This document shows, in pieces, positions 14,276 to 26,016 of a DNA stretch of 64,000 nt. The stretch's first letter is position 1. Every line of letters begins with the position of its first letter. Source of the DNA: Pristiophorus japonicus (lineage: Eukaryota); the NCBI RefSeq assembly GCF_044704955.1, contig NC_091999.1, positions 5,456,001 through 5,520,000 on the forward strand, written 5' to 3'. Both the position numbers and the translations under genes were made by a program. The notes below the pieces were generated by a model. The model saw nothing but the letters and a program-made list of their open reading frames with translations. It made no database searches and was not told the DNA's origin.

Positions 14276-15360
14276 TTAAGCCGATGTGTAAGGCCCAGTC
14301 CGAATTATGCTTAAAAATTGACTTAAGTGACACTTGTGTGTTTGAGCCAAAGTTTTTGTTAATGTGGTGCCAAACATTGAAACCTTTATTTTCAACACTT
14401 TCGCGTTCTTGGACATATCTGTGTGCACCTTTGGAAGTGGCTCAGTGAGTTGCAGTGGAAGGTGAGACATAACGGTGCCCCCTGTAGTGGTGATGAGTGT
14501 GAATGGAATGGCTTTAGCATTGTAAGGGTGTATTATGGCGTTCATGGGCGTGGCCTACTGCATTAAGTGACAGCCAGGGTGTACAGCATACAGCGTCCAG
14601 TGAAGTAAAACTGGCCATGGTAAGTCCATCGCAGGTCTCCCGGGCAGCAACATAGTCGGGTGCTGATGCCCCGTGCGCTGTTCCGCATCAGTTGATTGTG
14701 GAGAAGGCTGGTGTTGTTGCTGATGCTGCTGGTGTGCCTGGTGCTGCTGGTGTGCCCGCTGATGCTGGTGTTGGGGCTGATCATGGTGCGATTCTAATGA
14801 CCAAGGCGAGAGAGCTTGAACGGCAGCCATGCTGATGGAATAGATGGCAGGTGAGTTAGAGATGACAGAAGCGATCTGTCAATGGTGGGAGAGTCAATGA
14901 GATCAGGCTGGGTGCAGAGCTGTGGAAAGACTTGCAGCATACTGAAACTGTCGCGGAAATGCAGTTTAGAGAAGCTCGTGGTTAAGGGGACATTTCTCAA
15001 TCAGCTGGGAGCTGCGACTTGACATTTGAAGCTATCAACTAATCAGCTGATTGAATGGCCAGTGACTTCCCGCTTAAGCTTGACCGACGAGGGCTTAAAC
15101 ACGGTGGGAAACCGGTGTTTGACCTTACACATTAACAAAGCTGGAGGAAAAAAAAAACCTTCGTACAGTGGGCGTGATTTCAATTGCCTGCCCCACCGCT
15201 GCCTGTCGGGTGTGCTCAGTGCTGACAGACCCGACATATCTTAAAGGCGCTTGGCGGCGGGTTGACAGCGGGGTCCCGACCCGCTGGGGAAAACTAACAC
15301 TGTCCCACCCGATCCGCCATCGACCGCGCCCGCTGACTGCCCCGCAAAATCCAGCCAGTG
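14276..15360. mobile_element. Interspersed repeat (probably non-autonomous Harbinger-type), copy 1
   Basis: Clear homology to 22060-22405 and 23413-24050, for example the shared ATCTGTGTGCACC..GGAAGTGG..CAGTGAGTTGCAGTG and GATGACAGA.GCGATCTGTCAATGGTG. Confidence 0.6.
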
Positions 15361-15609
15361 TGCGTGTGTGAGAGAGATAGAGATGGGAAAAATATCAGCG
15401 ATCTCTTACACACTTATTTTGGGTTTTGTGCAATAGACCAGTGAGTTTACTAAGCTGAGAGAGACCGAACGTGTTTGCTCATCATAATTTAGTTCATTGA
15501 TTCAAAATTCCAGTTGGATGTTGAAGATCGGTGACGAATCTAATTAGCTAACAACTGTTTTATCGGCAGCTAGAATATGTGAAGACTTCACTTTCTGATT
15601 CTATTAGTT

Positions 15610-16877
15610 AGAAACATAGAAACATGGAAACAGAGAAAGTAGGTGCAGGAGCAGGCCATTCGGCCCTTCAAGCCTGCACCACCTTTCAATATGATCATGG
15701 CTGATCATGCAACTTCAGTACCCCATTCCTGCTTTGTCTCCATACACCTTGATTCCTTTGCTGTAAGAGCCACATCTAACTCCCTTTTGAATATATCTAA
15801 CAAACTGGCCTCAACAACTTTCTGTGGTAGAGAAATCCACAGCTTCACAATTCTCTGAGCGAAGAAGTTTCTCCTCATCTCGGTCCTAAATGGCTTACCC
15901 CTTATCCTTAGACTGTGACCACTGGTTCTGGACTTCCCCAAAATCAGGAACATTCTTCCTGCATCTAACCTGTCCAATCCCGTCAGAATTTTATATGTTT
16001 CTATGAGATCCCCTCTCATTCTTCTAAATTCCAGTGAATAAATGTCTAGTCGGTCCAGTCTCTCCTTATATGTCAGTCCTGCGATCCCGGGAATCAGTCT
16101 GGTGAACCTTCGCTGCACTCCCTCAATAGCAAGAATGTCCTTCTTCAGATTAGGAGACCAAAACTGCACACAATACTCAAGGTATGGTCTCACCAAGGCC
16201 CTGTACAACTGCAGTAAGACCTCCCTGCTCCTATACTGAAAACCCCTCGCTATGAGGGCCAGCATGCTATTTGCTTTCTTTACTGCCTGCTGTACCTGCA
16301 TGCCTACCTTCAATGACTGGTGTACAATGACACCCTGGTCTCGTTGCATCTCCCCTTTTATTAAGCTGTCACCATTCAGATAATAATCTGTTTTCCTGCT
16401 TTTGCTACTTAAGTGGATAACCTCGCACATCCACATTATACTGCATCTGCCATGAATTTGCGCATTCAACTAACCTGTCCAACTCCCCCTGCAGCCTCCT
16501 AGCATTCTCCTCGCAGCTCGCACTGCCATCCAGCTTAATGTCATCAGCAAACTTGGAGATATTACATTCAATTCCTTCGTCTAAATCATTAATGTATATT
16601 GTAAATAGCTGGTGTCCCAGCACTGAACCCTGCGGCATCACACGAGTCACTGCCTGCCATTCTGAAAAGGATCCGTTTATCTCGACTCTCTGCTTCCTGT
16701 CTGCCAACCAGTTCTCTATCCACGTCAGTACATTACCTCCAATACCATGTGCTTTAATTTTGCACACTAATCTCTTGTGTGCGACCTTGTCAAAAGCCTT
16801 TTTGAAAGTCCAAGTACACCACATCCACTGGTTCTCCCTTGTCCACACTACTAGTTACATCCTCAAAAAACTCGAGA
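15610..16877 (-). mobile_element. CR1 LINE 3' half
   Basis: RT and C-terminal motifs in ORFs 15705-16469 and 16405-16848. AGAAACAT tail repeats. Confidence 0.94.
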
Positions 16878-17410
16878 AGGTTTCTCAGAGAGTGATAGGA
16901 AGCACTGGTGCAAAAAAGAGCTCCTGATCCACCATGCCATATTCTGCAATACTGTAACTTCAGTAAATGATGATGCCAATCCACCTGTCTCAATCAATGA
17001 GATAGTCAAACTACCGGGAGGGTCTAAAATAGGTATCGACTCCTGGTGTGCACGTGACTGGCACTGCGCTTATAATACACAGTTCCTTCCCCTTTCAGCA
17101 TCCTTGAACACAAGTGACTGTCCCTATAATACCCAAGGCGCCTCAGCTTTAGCACACACCCTGCCTGATGCACACGACACTGGCATTAGTCCTACCCATG
17201 CACTTTACACTACATTTATTGATATTTATTTACATCTGCCAGACTGATACCCAGCTCTTTATCCTAGGCCAGGCAATGCAACCCGGTGCACACGTGACTG
17301 GCATTGGTCCTATAACACAGCAGGTCCATGTGCTGCAGCACACAGCCTGGTGCCTGGTGGACATGTGACCGGCGTTGGCCCTACCCACGAGATTCACTCT
17401 GTACGTATCG

Positions 17411-17650
17411 AAGAACAGGAAGGCAGATTATTATCTGAATGGTGACAGATTAGTAAAAGGGGAGGTGCAACGAGACCTGGGTGTCATGGTACATCAGTCA
17501 TTGAAAGTAGGCATGCAGGTGCAGCAGACAGCAGAGAGAGCAAATGGCATGCTGGCCTTCATAGCGAGCGGATTTGAGTATAGGAGCAGGGAGGTCTTAC
17601 TGCAGCTGTACAGGGCCTTGGTGAGACCATACCTTGAGTACTGTGTACAG
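17411..17650 (+). mobile_element. CR1 internal fragment
   Basis: YYLNG..RDLGV..LVRPYLEYCVQ. Confidence 0.85.
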
Positions 17651-18273
17651 ACGTGGGCGCATTCCCCCACCACATCGAGATCAGCCTGTAATTTAGTATT
17701 CTCATCTGAATTCCGAACATACATTCACACACGTTATTCCTTGTATCATCTCGGAGTTTGTGTGCAGTTGACAACGATGGTGAAGATTAACCGCTCATCA
17801 CTGACTTCCCCAACATTGGGAACATTCTTCCTGTATCTAACCTGTCCAGGCAGCCTCGGGGTTGGCAGTAAATGCGGTCTTGTCAGATAGGCACACATTA
17901 TGGAAATGAATATAAAATAAAACCTAATAATTAAAAAGGGAATAAGAACAAGTAAACAGACATCCTACTTTGTGAATAAGTGTTAACAAACTAGTATTGT
18001 GCTGTTGGGCGGTTTCACTTTAAACCTATGTAACATTAATTTAATATGCACAGTGGAAAAACAGCAGCGTGAAACCAAACGGCATAATCTGTTTGTTTAG
18101 TGGCTGTGTTTGACATTAATGATTATGTAACCTAATCTCTTTGTCCCTGGGGTGATGAGGTCTAATTGTCGTACTGGGAGTTTCCAACAATTATAACTAT
18201 GGAGCCTCTGAATATTGCGCGGTGACAAACAGTTGTCAGCAGCTCGAGCAGGGACCAGAATTTCGGATAGAAG

Positions 18274-20153
18274 ATGCATGGACAAGTGACGGGTCTAGCG
18301 TACGCCATTTGCTATCCTCTTCTGGCAGCTTTTGGTGTTCCAGGTAAGGCCCTGCGATAAGTCCTTCGTTGCACAGATCAGTCCATCAGTCTGAGCTGTC
18401 TCGGTTCTCTACCTGTGTAATTGTCCGCAGAACATTTCTCTGTGTTTCTTTCCTGCAGAGTAAACACTTCGGTGAAATCGGTTCCATCCACACTGTCTGT
18501 TATCATTCCCCTGGCTGTTCAATACCATATTTTACAAAGGTTAAAGGAGAGTTTCAGTCTGGATCTCGCGATTTGAGTTCTCAGTACAGGCTGACCCGGC
18601 ATAACGATAGGATGATGGTGAAAATACATTGTAATGTGTATATTCAGAGAGTAGAATCTCAGTCTGGTCTCCGGGATTTGAGTTCTCAATCAAGGCTGCC
18701 TGGACAGGTTAGATACAGGAAGAATGTTCCCAATGTTGGGGAAGTCCAGAACCAGGGGACACAGTCTTAGGATAAGAGGTAGGCCATTTAGGACCGAGAT
18801 GAGGAGAAACTTCTTCACTCAGAGAGTTGTTAACCTGTGGAATTCCCTACCGCAGAGAGTTGTTGAGGCCAGTTCATTGGATATATTCAAGAGGGAGTTA
18901 GATATGGCCCTTACGGCTAAGGGGATCAAGGGGTATGGAGAGAAAGCAGGAAAGGGGTACTGAGGTGAATGATCAGCCATGATCTTATTGAATGGCGGTG
19001 CAGGCTCGAAGGGCCGAATGGCCTACTCCTGCACCTATTTTCTATGTGTCTGTGTTTCAGTGCAGTATTTTGAGAGCACGGCATTGTCAGAGCTGCCCTT
19101 CTTCTGATGAGGTGTTAATCCTCAACCGTGCGCCCCTATCCTGTTGGGTTAGGTGCCCCATTAAAAATCCAAGAAACCTGGATCCCTCTTTGGAGCAGTC
19201 TGCACAATCATTAATGTGGCTCTTTGCTTCTATTTTTGTCAGGCAACTTGGCGACCATTGTGATCCTGTCCCGAGGAAGGTGCGGTCTCTCCAGATGTAT
19301 CACCCGGTACCTGGTGGGGATGGCGGTGACGGACCTCCTGGTCCTCATCACGGCAGTGATATTGAACCGTATCAGCGTCATCTATTTCCCGGTTCTCTTC
19401 CTCTCCACCACTCCCGTCTGTAGCCTCAAAATCGCTCTGATCTATGTAGCCAGGGACTGCTCGGTCTGGTTAACGGTCGCTTTCACCTTCGATCGATTTG
19501 TGGCTATTTGCTGCCCAAAGTTGAAAGCAAAATATTGCACCGAGAGAACGGCTGCCATTGTAATGGGAACGCTTTGTGCCGTGAGCTGTGTCAAAAACTT
19601 CCCCTGGTACTTTGTGTACGAGCCTTTGTATATTATTGACGGTGTACCCTGGTACTGCAACATTAAGTTAAAGTTTTACACTGAACTTTTTTGGACAGCG
19701 TTTGACTCGATTGACCGTATTTTAAACCCCTGTGCCCCGTTCGTCCTGATGTTACTGTTCAACGCTGTGACCGTCAGAAACATTCTGGTGGCCAACAGAG
19801 CCCGCAAGAGACTCCGGGCCCACAGCAGCGGGGAGAATCAGAGTGACCGAGAGATGGAGAGCCGGAGAAAATCCATCGTTTTACTCTTCACCATCTCGGG
19901 CAGTTTCCTCGTGTTATGGACCACCTATGTTGTAAATTTCTTATACGTGCGATTTTCAAGCAGCAGTTATTCGACAGGCTCTAGCGGCAACGACCCAAGG
20001 TTTATTTTGCAGGAAAGTGGGAATATGCTGCAGCTCCTGAGCTGTTGCACTAACACGTGTATTTATGCGGGGACCCAGAGGAAATTCAGAGAGGAATTTT
20101 GCAACGGGTTGAAATACCCGCTCAATCTCCTCATTAAAATCGTAAAGTCGTGA
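18274..20153 (+). CDS. GPR139-like: GPR139-like class A GPCR, two exons (18274-18343, 19243-20153), 326 aa
   Basis: Exon 1 MHGQVTGLAYAICYPLLAAFGVP G|gtaag splices in phase 1 to gtcag|GC AAC. Seven-TM pattern with MAVTDLL, FTFDRFVAIC, CTERTA and TNTCIY. No stops. Confidence 0.9.
18701..19058 (+). mobile_element. CR1 3' fragment in the GPCR intron
   Basis: MFPMLGKSRTRGH..WNSLP plus 3' UTR. Confidence 0.9.
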
Positions 20154-21344
20154 AAACAAATGAATTATTACCATTTTTCGAGACTGTTCCGTTTCATGGT
20201 CCAACCTGTACTCTTACTCCCGACTCCCCGGACTATCCTGCATTTCCTTCCCAGATCGAATCGAGGGCTCTCTCCCTCTCTAAGATCCTTCGAGTCGCCG
20301 GTGTTCCCTAAAATAACATGCAACCAGGAGGAGAATTGCAAAAGCACGATTTTACAACCATTTAGAGAGTCGTTAATAACCGTATTCAATTTACCAGGTC
20401 ACAGCTGCTTTGCTGAAATGTTCATTGAGATTTTATCCAGTTCTCGTGGCCTGAGCCCTGGGGCAAGTCTGGGTTCAGACGTCAAACGACAGCCAGAGAT
20501 TTGATTTGTTTTACATGTTGTTAAACATTTAATCATTGTGAAGAACGTCAGGCCCGGGGGTGGTTTATAAAACACACGCGAATGTAAGCGGAGGAATCCT
20601 TAACAGAGGGGCATGTCATTAACTTTAGAGCCAGGCTATTCAGGATTCAAATCAGAAAATACTTTTTCTCGTAAAGTTACTAGAAATCTGGAATAGTCCC
20701 CCTCAAAATGTTATGGATGCTGGAGGACAAATGAAAATTTCACAACTGAGATCGACAAAGTTTGGTTAGGTAATGATATTAATGGATTATGAAGCCACGG
20801 CGAGAAATTGAGTTGAGGTACGAGTCAGTCGTGATCGAATTGAAAGGTGGGACAGACCTGAGGGGTTCAATGGCTGAATTCTGTCCCTATCGGTTTATTG
20901 CCAGAAGCCAAAACTGAAATATTGCCCCGAAGAAACGGCTGCTGCCGTTCGAGGAACAATTGAGTGTGCTGTCCTGTAAAGAACACTTTCTAGTAGTTCA
21001 TGTACAAAGTGAACATTGAATTTCAAATAATCCATGGTTTTGTCATTGTAACACGAGATATTGTTTATTCACAGGTATGGATATAAATTAAATTCCTTCA
21101 TTATATTTTAACACCGTTTATTCCATTTGATTTGATTCTGCTGCTCAATGCAGTAACTGTCAGGCATTTTTTGGCCATTTTACTGTTGGTTATATCTGGA
21201 AATGTTACCCTGTTATGCGCATTAATTATTTACTATTCTGTCTGTCAACGAAAGTACATTTTAGTCTTTATACCTGTGTCTCTACATCACTTTGTGCAAA
21301 AATTCGGATAAAGGCTTCACCCTCGTGAATCGCCTATTTATTCA

Positions 21345-24060
21345 GTGAGCCAGACGATAACTGGGCTGTATTTTCCCCACCTTGGCGTCATTGGCGGGTC
21401 CCGGCCCCACTGCTGGCTCCAGCCCACTGTTCAAAATCAATTTCCCTTCATGGGGCTTCTGAAGCCCCGCCCAGCGCGTTTGCCGGCCAATTGAAGGAAG
21501 CGGGATTGATGACGCCATTTTGCTGGTCGCAGCCAGTTTCCCTAAAGGGACCTTGCAGAAATTAACTTTGACAGTTGTTCTGTTCCAGCGCAAAAACTGA
21601 CAAGCCTTGGCTCTCCATGAATCCCTCGATATGCTTAGAAAGGGAGCCACAGCAAGCAAGGAGGCTCTCTTGCCTTCCACTGGGCCAAAGAGCCCTCCCC
21701 AGAACATGAACGCATCGAGGTTGCACATTGCACGAGTGGATACAAGCAGGCATGTGGTCAGGAGGATCTGCCTGGACTGGCACAAACCTTTCAATTATTG
21801 CAGTAGGTCACGAAGCGTTACTGCAAAGCCACACTCATCCTCATCCTGCTGTGGCACTGATCACATCCCCATCAGTCTGCCTCATCTAACCCAGTCCGAC
21901 ACATCCTGACCAGCATCAACTTGTCTTGCACCTCCGCCCTTCCCTCCCTATCAAAACTATCACTTCCCCTATCACTAGTTACTCCTCACGCTCACCTTCA
22001 TCGTAGTCCAATCATAGCAATGGACAACACCCAAGGGTAGACACTTGAGGGTATTATGCAATGTTCATGTGATGTTTCTATTAATCTGGTATCCAACATT
22101 AAAACCTTTATTTTGAACACTTTGCCTTCATCTGTGTGCACCATTGGAAGTGGGTCAGTGAGTTGCAGTGAATGGTGAGGCATAATTGTATCCCCGTAAT
22201 GTTGACGAGTGTGAAATGATTGGATTGGGCATTGTAGGGGTGCTTTATGCTGTTGGTGTGGGGTGGTGCCAACCAGGCGCATTATGTGGCAGCCAGGTTT
22301 ACAGCATCAAGTGAACTCAATCTGGCCATGGTGTGGCCATCCCTGGCCTCGCGGACAGCAATGTGGTCGAGGGCCAATGCCGTCTGTCCTGTGCAGCATC
22401 AGCTAATTAGAATAGAAACATAGAAAATAGGTGCAGGAGTAGGCCATTTGGCCCTTCGAGCCTGCACCGCCATTCAATGAGTTCATGACTGAACATGCAA
22501 CTTCAGTACCCCTTTCCTGCTTTCTCGCCATACCTCTTGATCCCCCGAGTAGTAAGGACTACATCTAACTCCTTTTTGAATATATTTAGTGAATTGGCCT
22601 CAACAACTTTCTGTGGTAGAGAATTCCACAGGTTCACCACTCTCCGGGTGAAGAAGTTTCTCCTCATCTCGGTCCTAAATGGCTTACCCCTTATCCTTAG
22701 ACTGTGATCCCTGGTTCTGGACTTCCTCAACATTGGGAACATTCTTCCTGCATCTAACCTGTCTAAACCCGTCAGAATTTTAAACGTTTCTATGAGATCC
22801 CCTCTCATTCTTCTGAACTCCAGTGAATACAAGCCCAGTTGATCCAGTCTTTCTTGATATGTCAGTCCCGCCATCCCAGAAATCAGTCTGGTGAATCTTC
22901 GCTGCACTCCCTCAATAGCAAGAATGTCCTTCCTCAAGTTAGGAGACCAAAACTGTACACAATACTCCAGGTGTGGCCTCACCAAGGCCCTGTACAACTG
23001 TAGCAACACCACCCTACCCCTGTACTCAAATCCCCTCGCTATGAAGGCCAACATGCCATTTGCTTTCTTAACCGCCTGCTGTACCTGCATGCCAACCTTC
23101 AATGACTGATGTACCATGGCACCCAGGTCTCGTTGCCCCTCCCCTTTTCCTAATCTGTCACCATTCAGATAATAGTCTGTCTCTCTGTTTTTACCACCAA
23201 AATGGATAACCTCACATTTATCCACATTATACTTCATCTGCCACGCATTTGTCCACTCACCTAACCTATCCAAGTCGCTCTGCAGCCTCATAACATCCTC
23301 CTCGCAGCTCACACTGCCACCCAACTTAGTGTCATCCGCAAATTTGGAGATACTACATGTAATCCCCTCGTCTAAATCATTAATGTACAATTTAAACAGC
23401 TGGGGAAAAGGAATTGCCGGAGAAGGTTGTTTTTTTGGGTGCTGTGTCAGTATTGGTGCAATTGATGTTGGAGATGATACTGGTGTGATTATGAGGACCA
23501 AGGTAAGATAGTTTCAAAGGCAACGATGCTGATATAATAGATGGCAGATGACCTTAAGATGACAGAGGCGATCTGTCAATGGTGAGAGAGGTTGTTCCAA
23601 TGAGGTGACACTAGATACAATGTTTACTACAAGCACCTGCTGAACGCTTAAACGGTCTGCCAAATGCAGTAAGCTCACGTTTCTGAGCTTGGGAAGGGAA
23701 CAGCTATTAGATAGAAGCTGTTATACCACATTTGCAGCTGTCAAGTAAATAAATCAATTCTTGCGAACACAGCTGCCCACGTGATCCCCGAGCAGCATAG
23801 ACCCCGTGGGCGACCTTGTAAGCACTGGTGGTGAGCTAAAAATAATTCTGAATGGTCCGTTCACGGAGGTCATAATGACCTAAGTTACCTCCCCAACCGC
23901 TCTGTGTCCGGTCTGCTCAGCATTGATAGACCAGATTTGGGAAAGGTGCGTGGTGACGGGTTGACTGCGGTGGGCCAATGCGCTGGCAAAAACAACACAT
24001 TTTTCCCACCCGGCCTGCAACCCCGACCTGACTCCCAAAAACATCCCCTACAGTTTGGAG
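21345..24060. mobile_element. Interspersed repeat copy 2 (homologue of 14276-15360), split by a CR1
   Basis: Homology stops at ~22405 and resumes at ~23413 on the other side of the CR1. The left boundary is approximate. Confidence 0.55.
22410..23403 (-). mobile_element. CR1 LINE 3' fragment, young
   Basis: Open ORF 22503-23501 with FADD and C-terminal motifs, nearly identical to the 3' part of the copy at 37.5-40 kb. Confidence 0.95.
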
Positions 24061-24149
24061 AGGAGTGAATGAATATGGCGAGATATCCCTTCATTTAATT
24101 GTAAATGTAATTACATATTGTGAGCTGAAGCATTTCCATCGTTACAAAG

Positions 24150-24346
24150 CAATTCACTAAATATATTCAAAGAGGAGTTAGATGTAGTCCTTACGACTAC
24201 GGGGATCAAGGGGTATGGTGAGAAAGCAGGAATGGGGTACTGAAGTTGCATGTTCAGCCATGAGCTCATTGAATGGCGGTGCAGGTTGGAAGGGCCGAAT
24301 GGCCTACTCCTGCACCATATTTTCTATGTTTCTATGTTTCTATGTT
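24150..24346 (+). mobile_element. CR1 3' tail fragment
   Basis: GIKGYGEKAG, 3' UTR and (TTCTATGT)n. Confidence 0.85.
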
Positions 24347-25664
24347 CCGGACTCTGCCCAAACGCGCCCCACCCCGATACAGAGGGTCCCATTTTAACCC
24401 ACATATAAGGTCGGTTTGGAGTCTGGCGTTGTGAAATTGTTAAAAAAAAATCTCCGCCTATATTTCGCGATATTCGGTTTTTTAACTGAGGCGGGAAAAG
24501 AGGCTGGACTTAGCCGAGCAGCCAATCCGCTCCCAGTAGACGAGGGGTAAATATAAATATTATAATTAGGCTGGAAGTCTCTTTTTTTTTACAAAAGTCC
24601 GTAAAACCTGGGGCAGGTACATAAGCAAGGGACTGCGGGATCCAGGAGGTCAGTGCAATTTACACGTACCTCCTGGTTTCAAGGGGCCCTGCCTAACCCA
24701 ATCCGCCCGGATTGCGCACACATCCCAGGCCTTCGATTGGCTCCCTATGGCCACCAATCCTCCCCAGGCACCACCCCCCCCCCCCCCACACACCCCGATA
24801 CCTGCATAAGTCAGTCCACATGCTGATCCCGGCCCAAGATCTTCTGCAGATTTCCCCAGCTCCTCCCTACCCACGATCTTGGTGAGAACACTCCACCCCC
24901 CCCCCAACGCCATTCTGTGCATCTGAGGCCACTTACAAGCCCCCAACCCCCACGATCCGTTGCTCTACCCACTCTTCAACCTCGAGTGGTAGGCCTACCG
25001 CCCCCAACGTCTGTCCCCAGCCAGCCTCTCCATCCGTCTGGCAGAGGATGGGAACCGAGGCCTTCCATTCAAATCAGGCCCTGTCGTTAAGTTGGGTGGG
25101 GACCCAATTTCACGGTTTTCCCGACAACCTCTACCCGCCCCCTCTCGCACTCAACATCACCCGTTAAAATTCAGCCCAGAGAGTCTATTCTGTGCCCTCT
25201 ACTGTACACCTTACCACTTAATGTTAATATTAAAGATGTCGCGTGGAGCGTCTTAGCTTTGGGTGCAATCGCCAATCCAGCCGCAGAATGACACCAAACA
25301 TTGCAATAGATTTGAGATTAGTTTCCCTCAAGTTTCCACACAAATTAAATTGCACATCGCCGAAGTTAAAATCTGCCACGAACCAGCACAACCGTGCAGC
25401 ATTTTAGAATGTAATTTTTTAAAAATTGCACTCAAAAAAAAAATCCTTCATATTTTTCAGAGTGGTAACTTGGTGCAGTTAGAGATATGCAGCTGCAAAT
25501 GGGTTGAAGCACAGCAATAAATATTTTGATCAGCATGTCTAGTTCACCAGCTGTGAGTAACCGGATTTTAAATAACCTGAAAAGGACGTAAAAATAAAAA
25601 GAGCCATTTGTTCGTTATATTTGTGCACAGAAGTCAGTTTGTTAGTAAATTTAAAATACATGCG

Positions 25665-25845
25665 TATAGAAACTCGTCTTGAGCGGTGGCGCACGTCGGG
25701 GCGGTAACGGAAGGGCCGCCGCTCATAGGCAGCGCCTGATATTTAGTTTCATTGACTGTAATGGACTGAATATCAGGCGTTGCCTGTAACGGGCGGCCAA
25801 GCCGATAGCGCTCGATTTGCCCCACCGTCCGAGATGAATTTTTAT
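25665..25845. mobile_element. Palindromic MITE-like element
   Basis: Imperfect inverted arms around CATTGACTGTAATG (GGCAGCGCCTGATATTTAGT vs ACTGAATATCAGGCGTTGCC) that extend to TATA at both ends. Confidence 0.65.
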
Positions 25846-26016
25846 ATCTAAAGCTTTGAAAACGTGCCTATTAGTGTCCTTGTGATCAATTTTAATTTTA
25901 GGGCCTCGGCGAGGACCCGTAAATGAGTACAGTTAGCAGAAACAGCCAATGGAGATGATAGGATCTGCATTTCAGCGCAATGTTTTTTAACTAGTGTAAA
26001 CTATCACGGAAACTGA

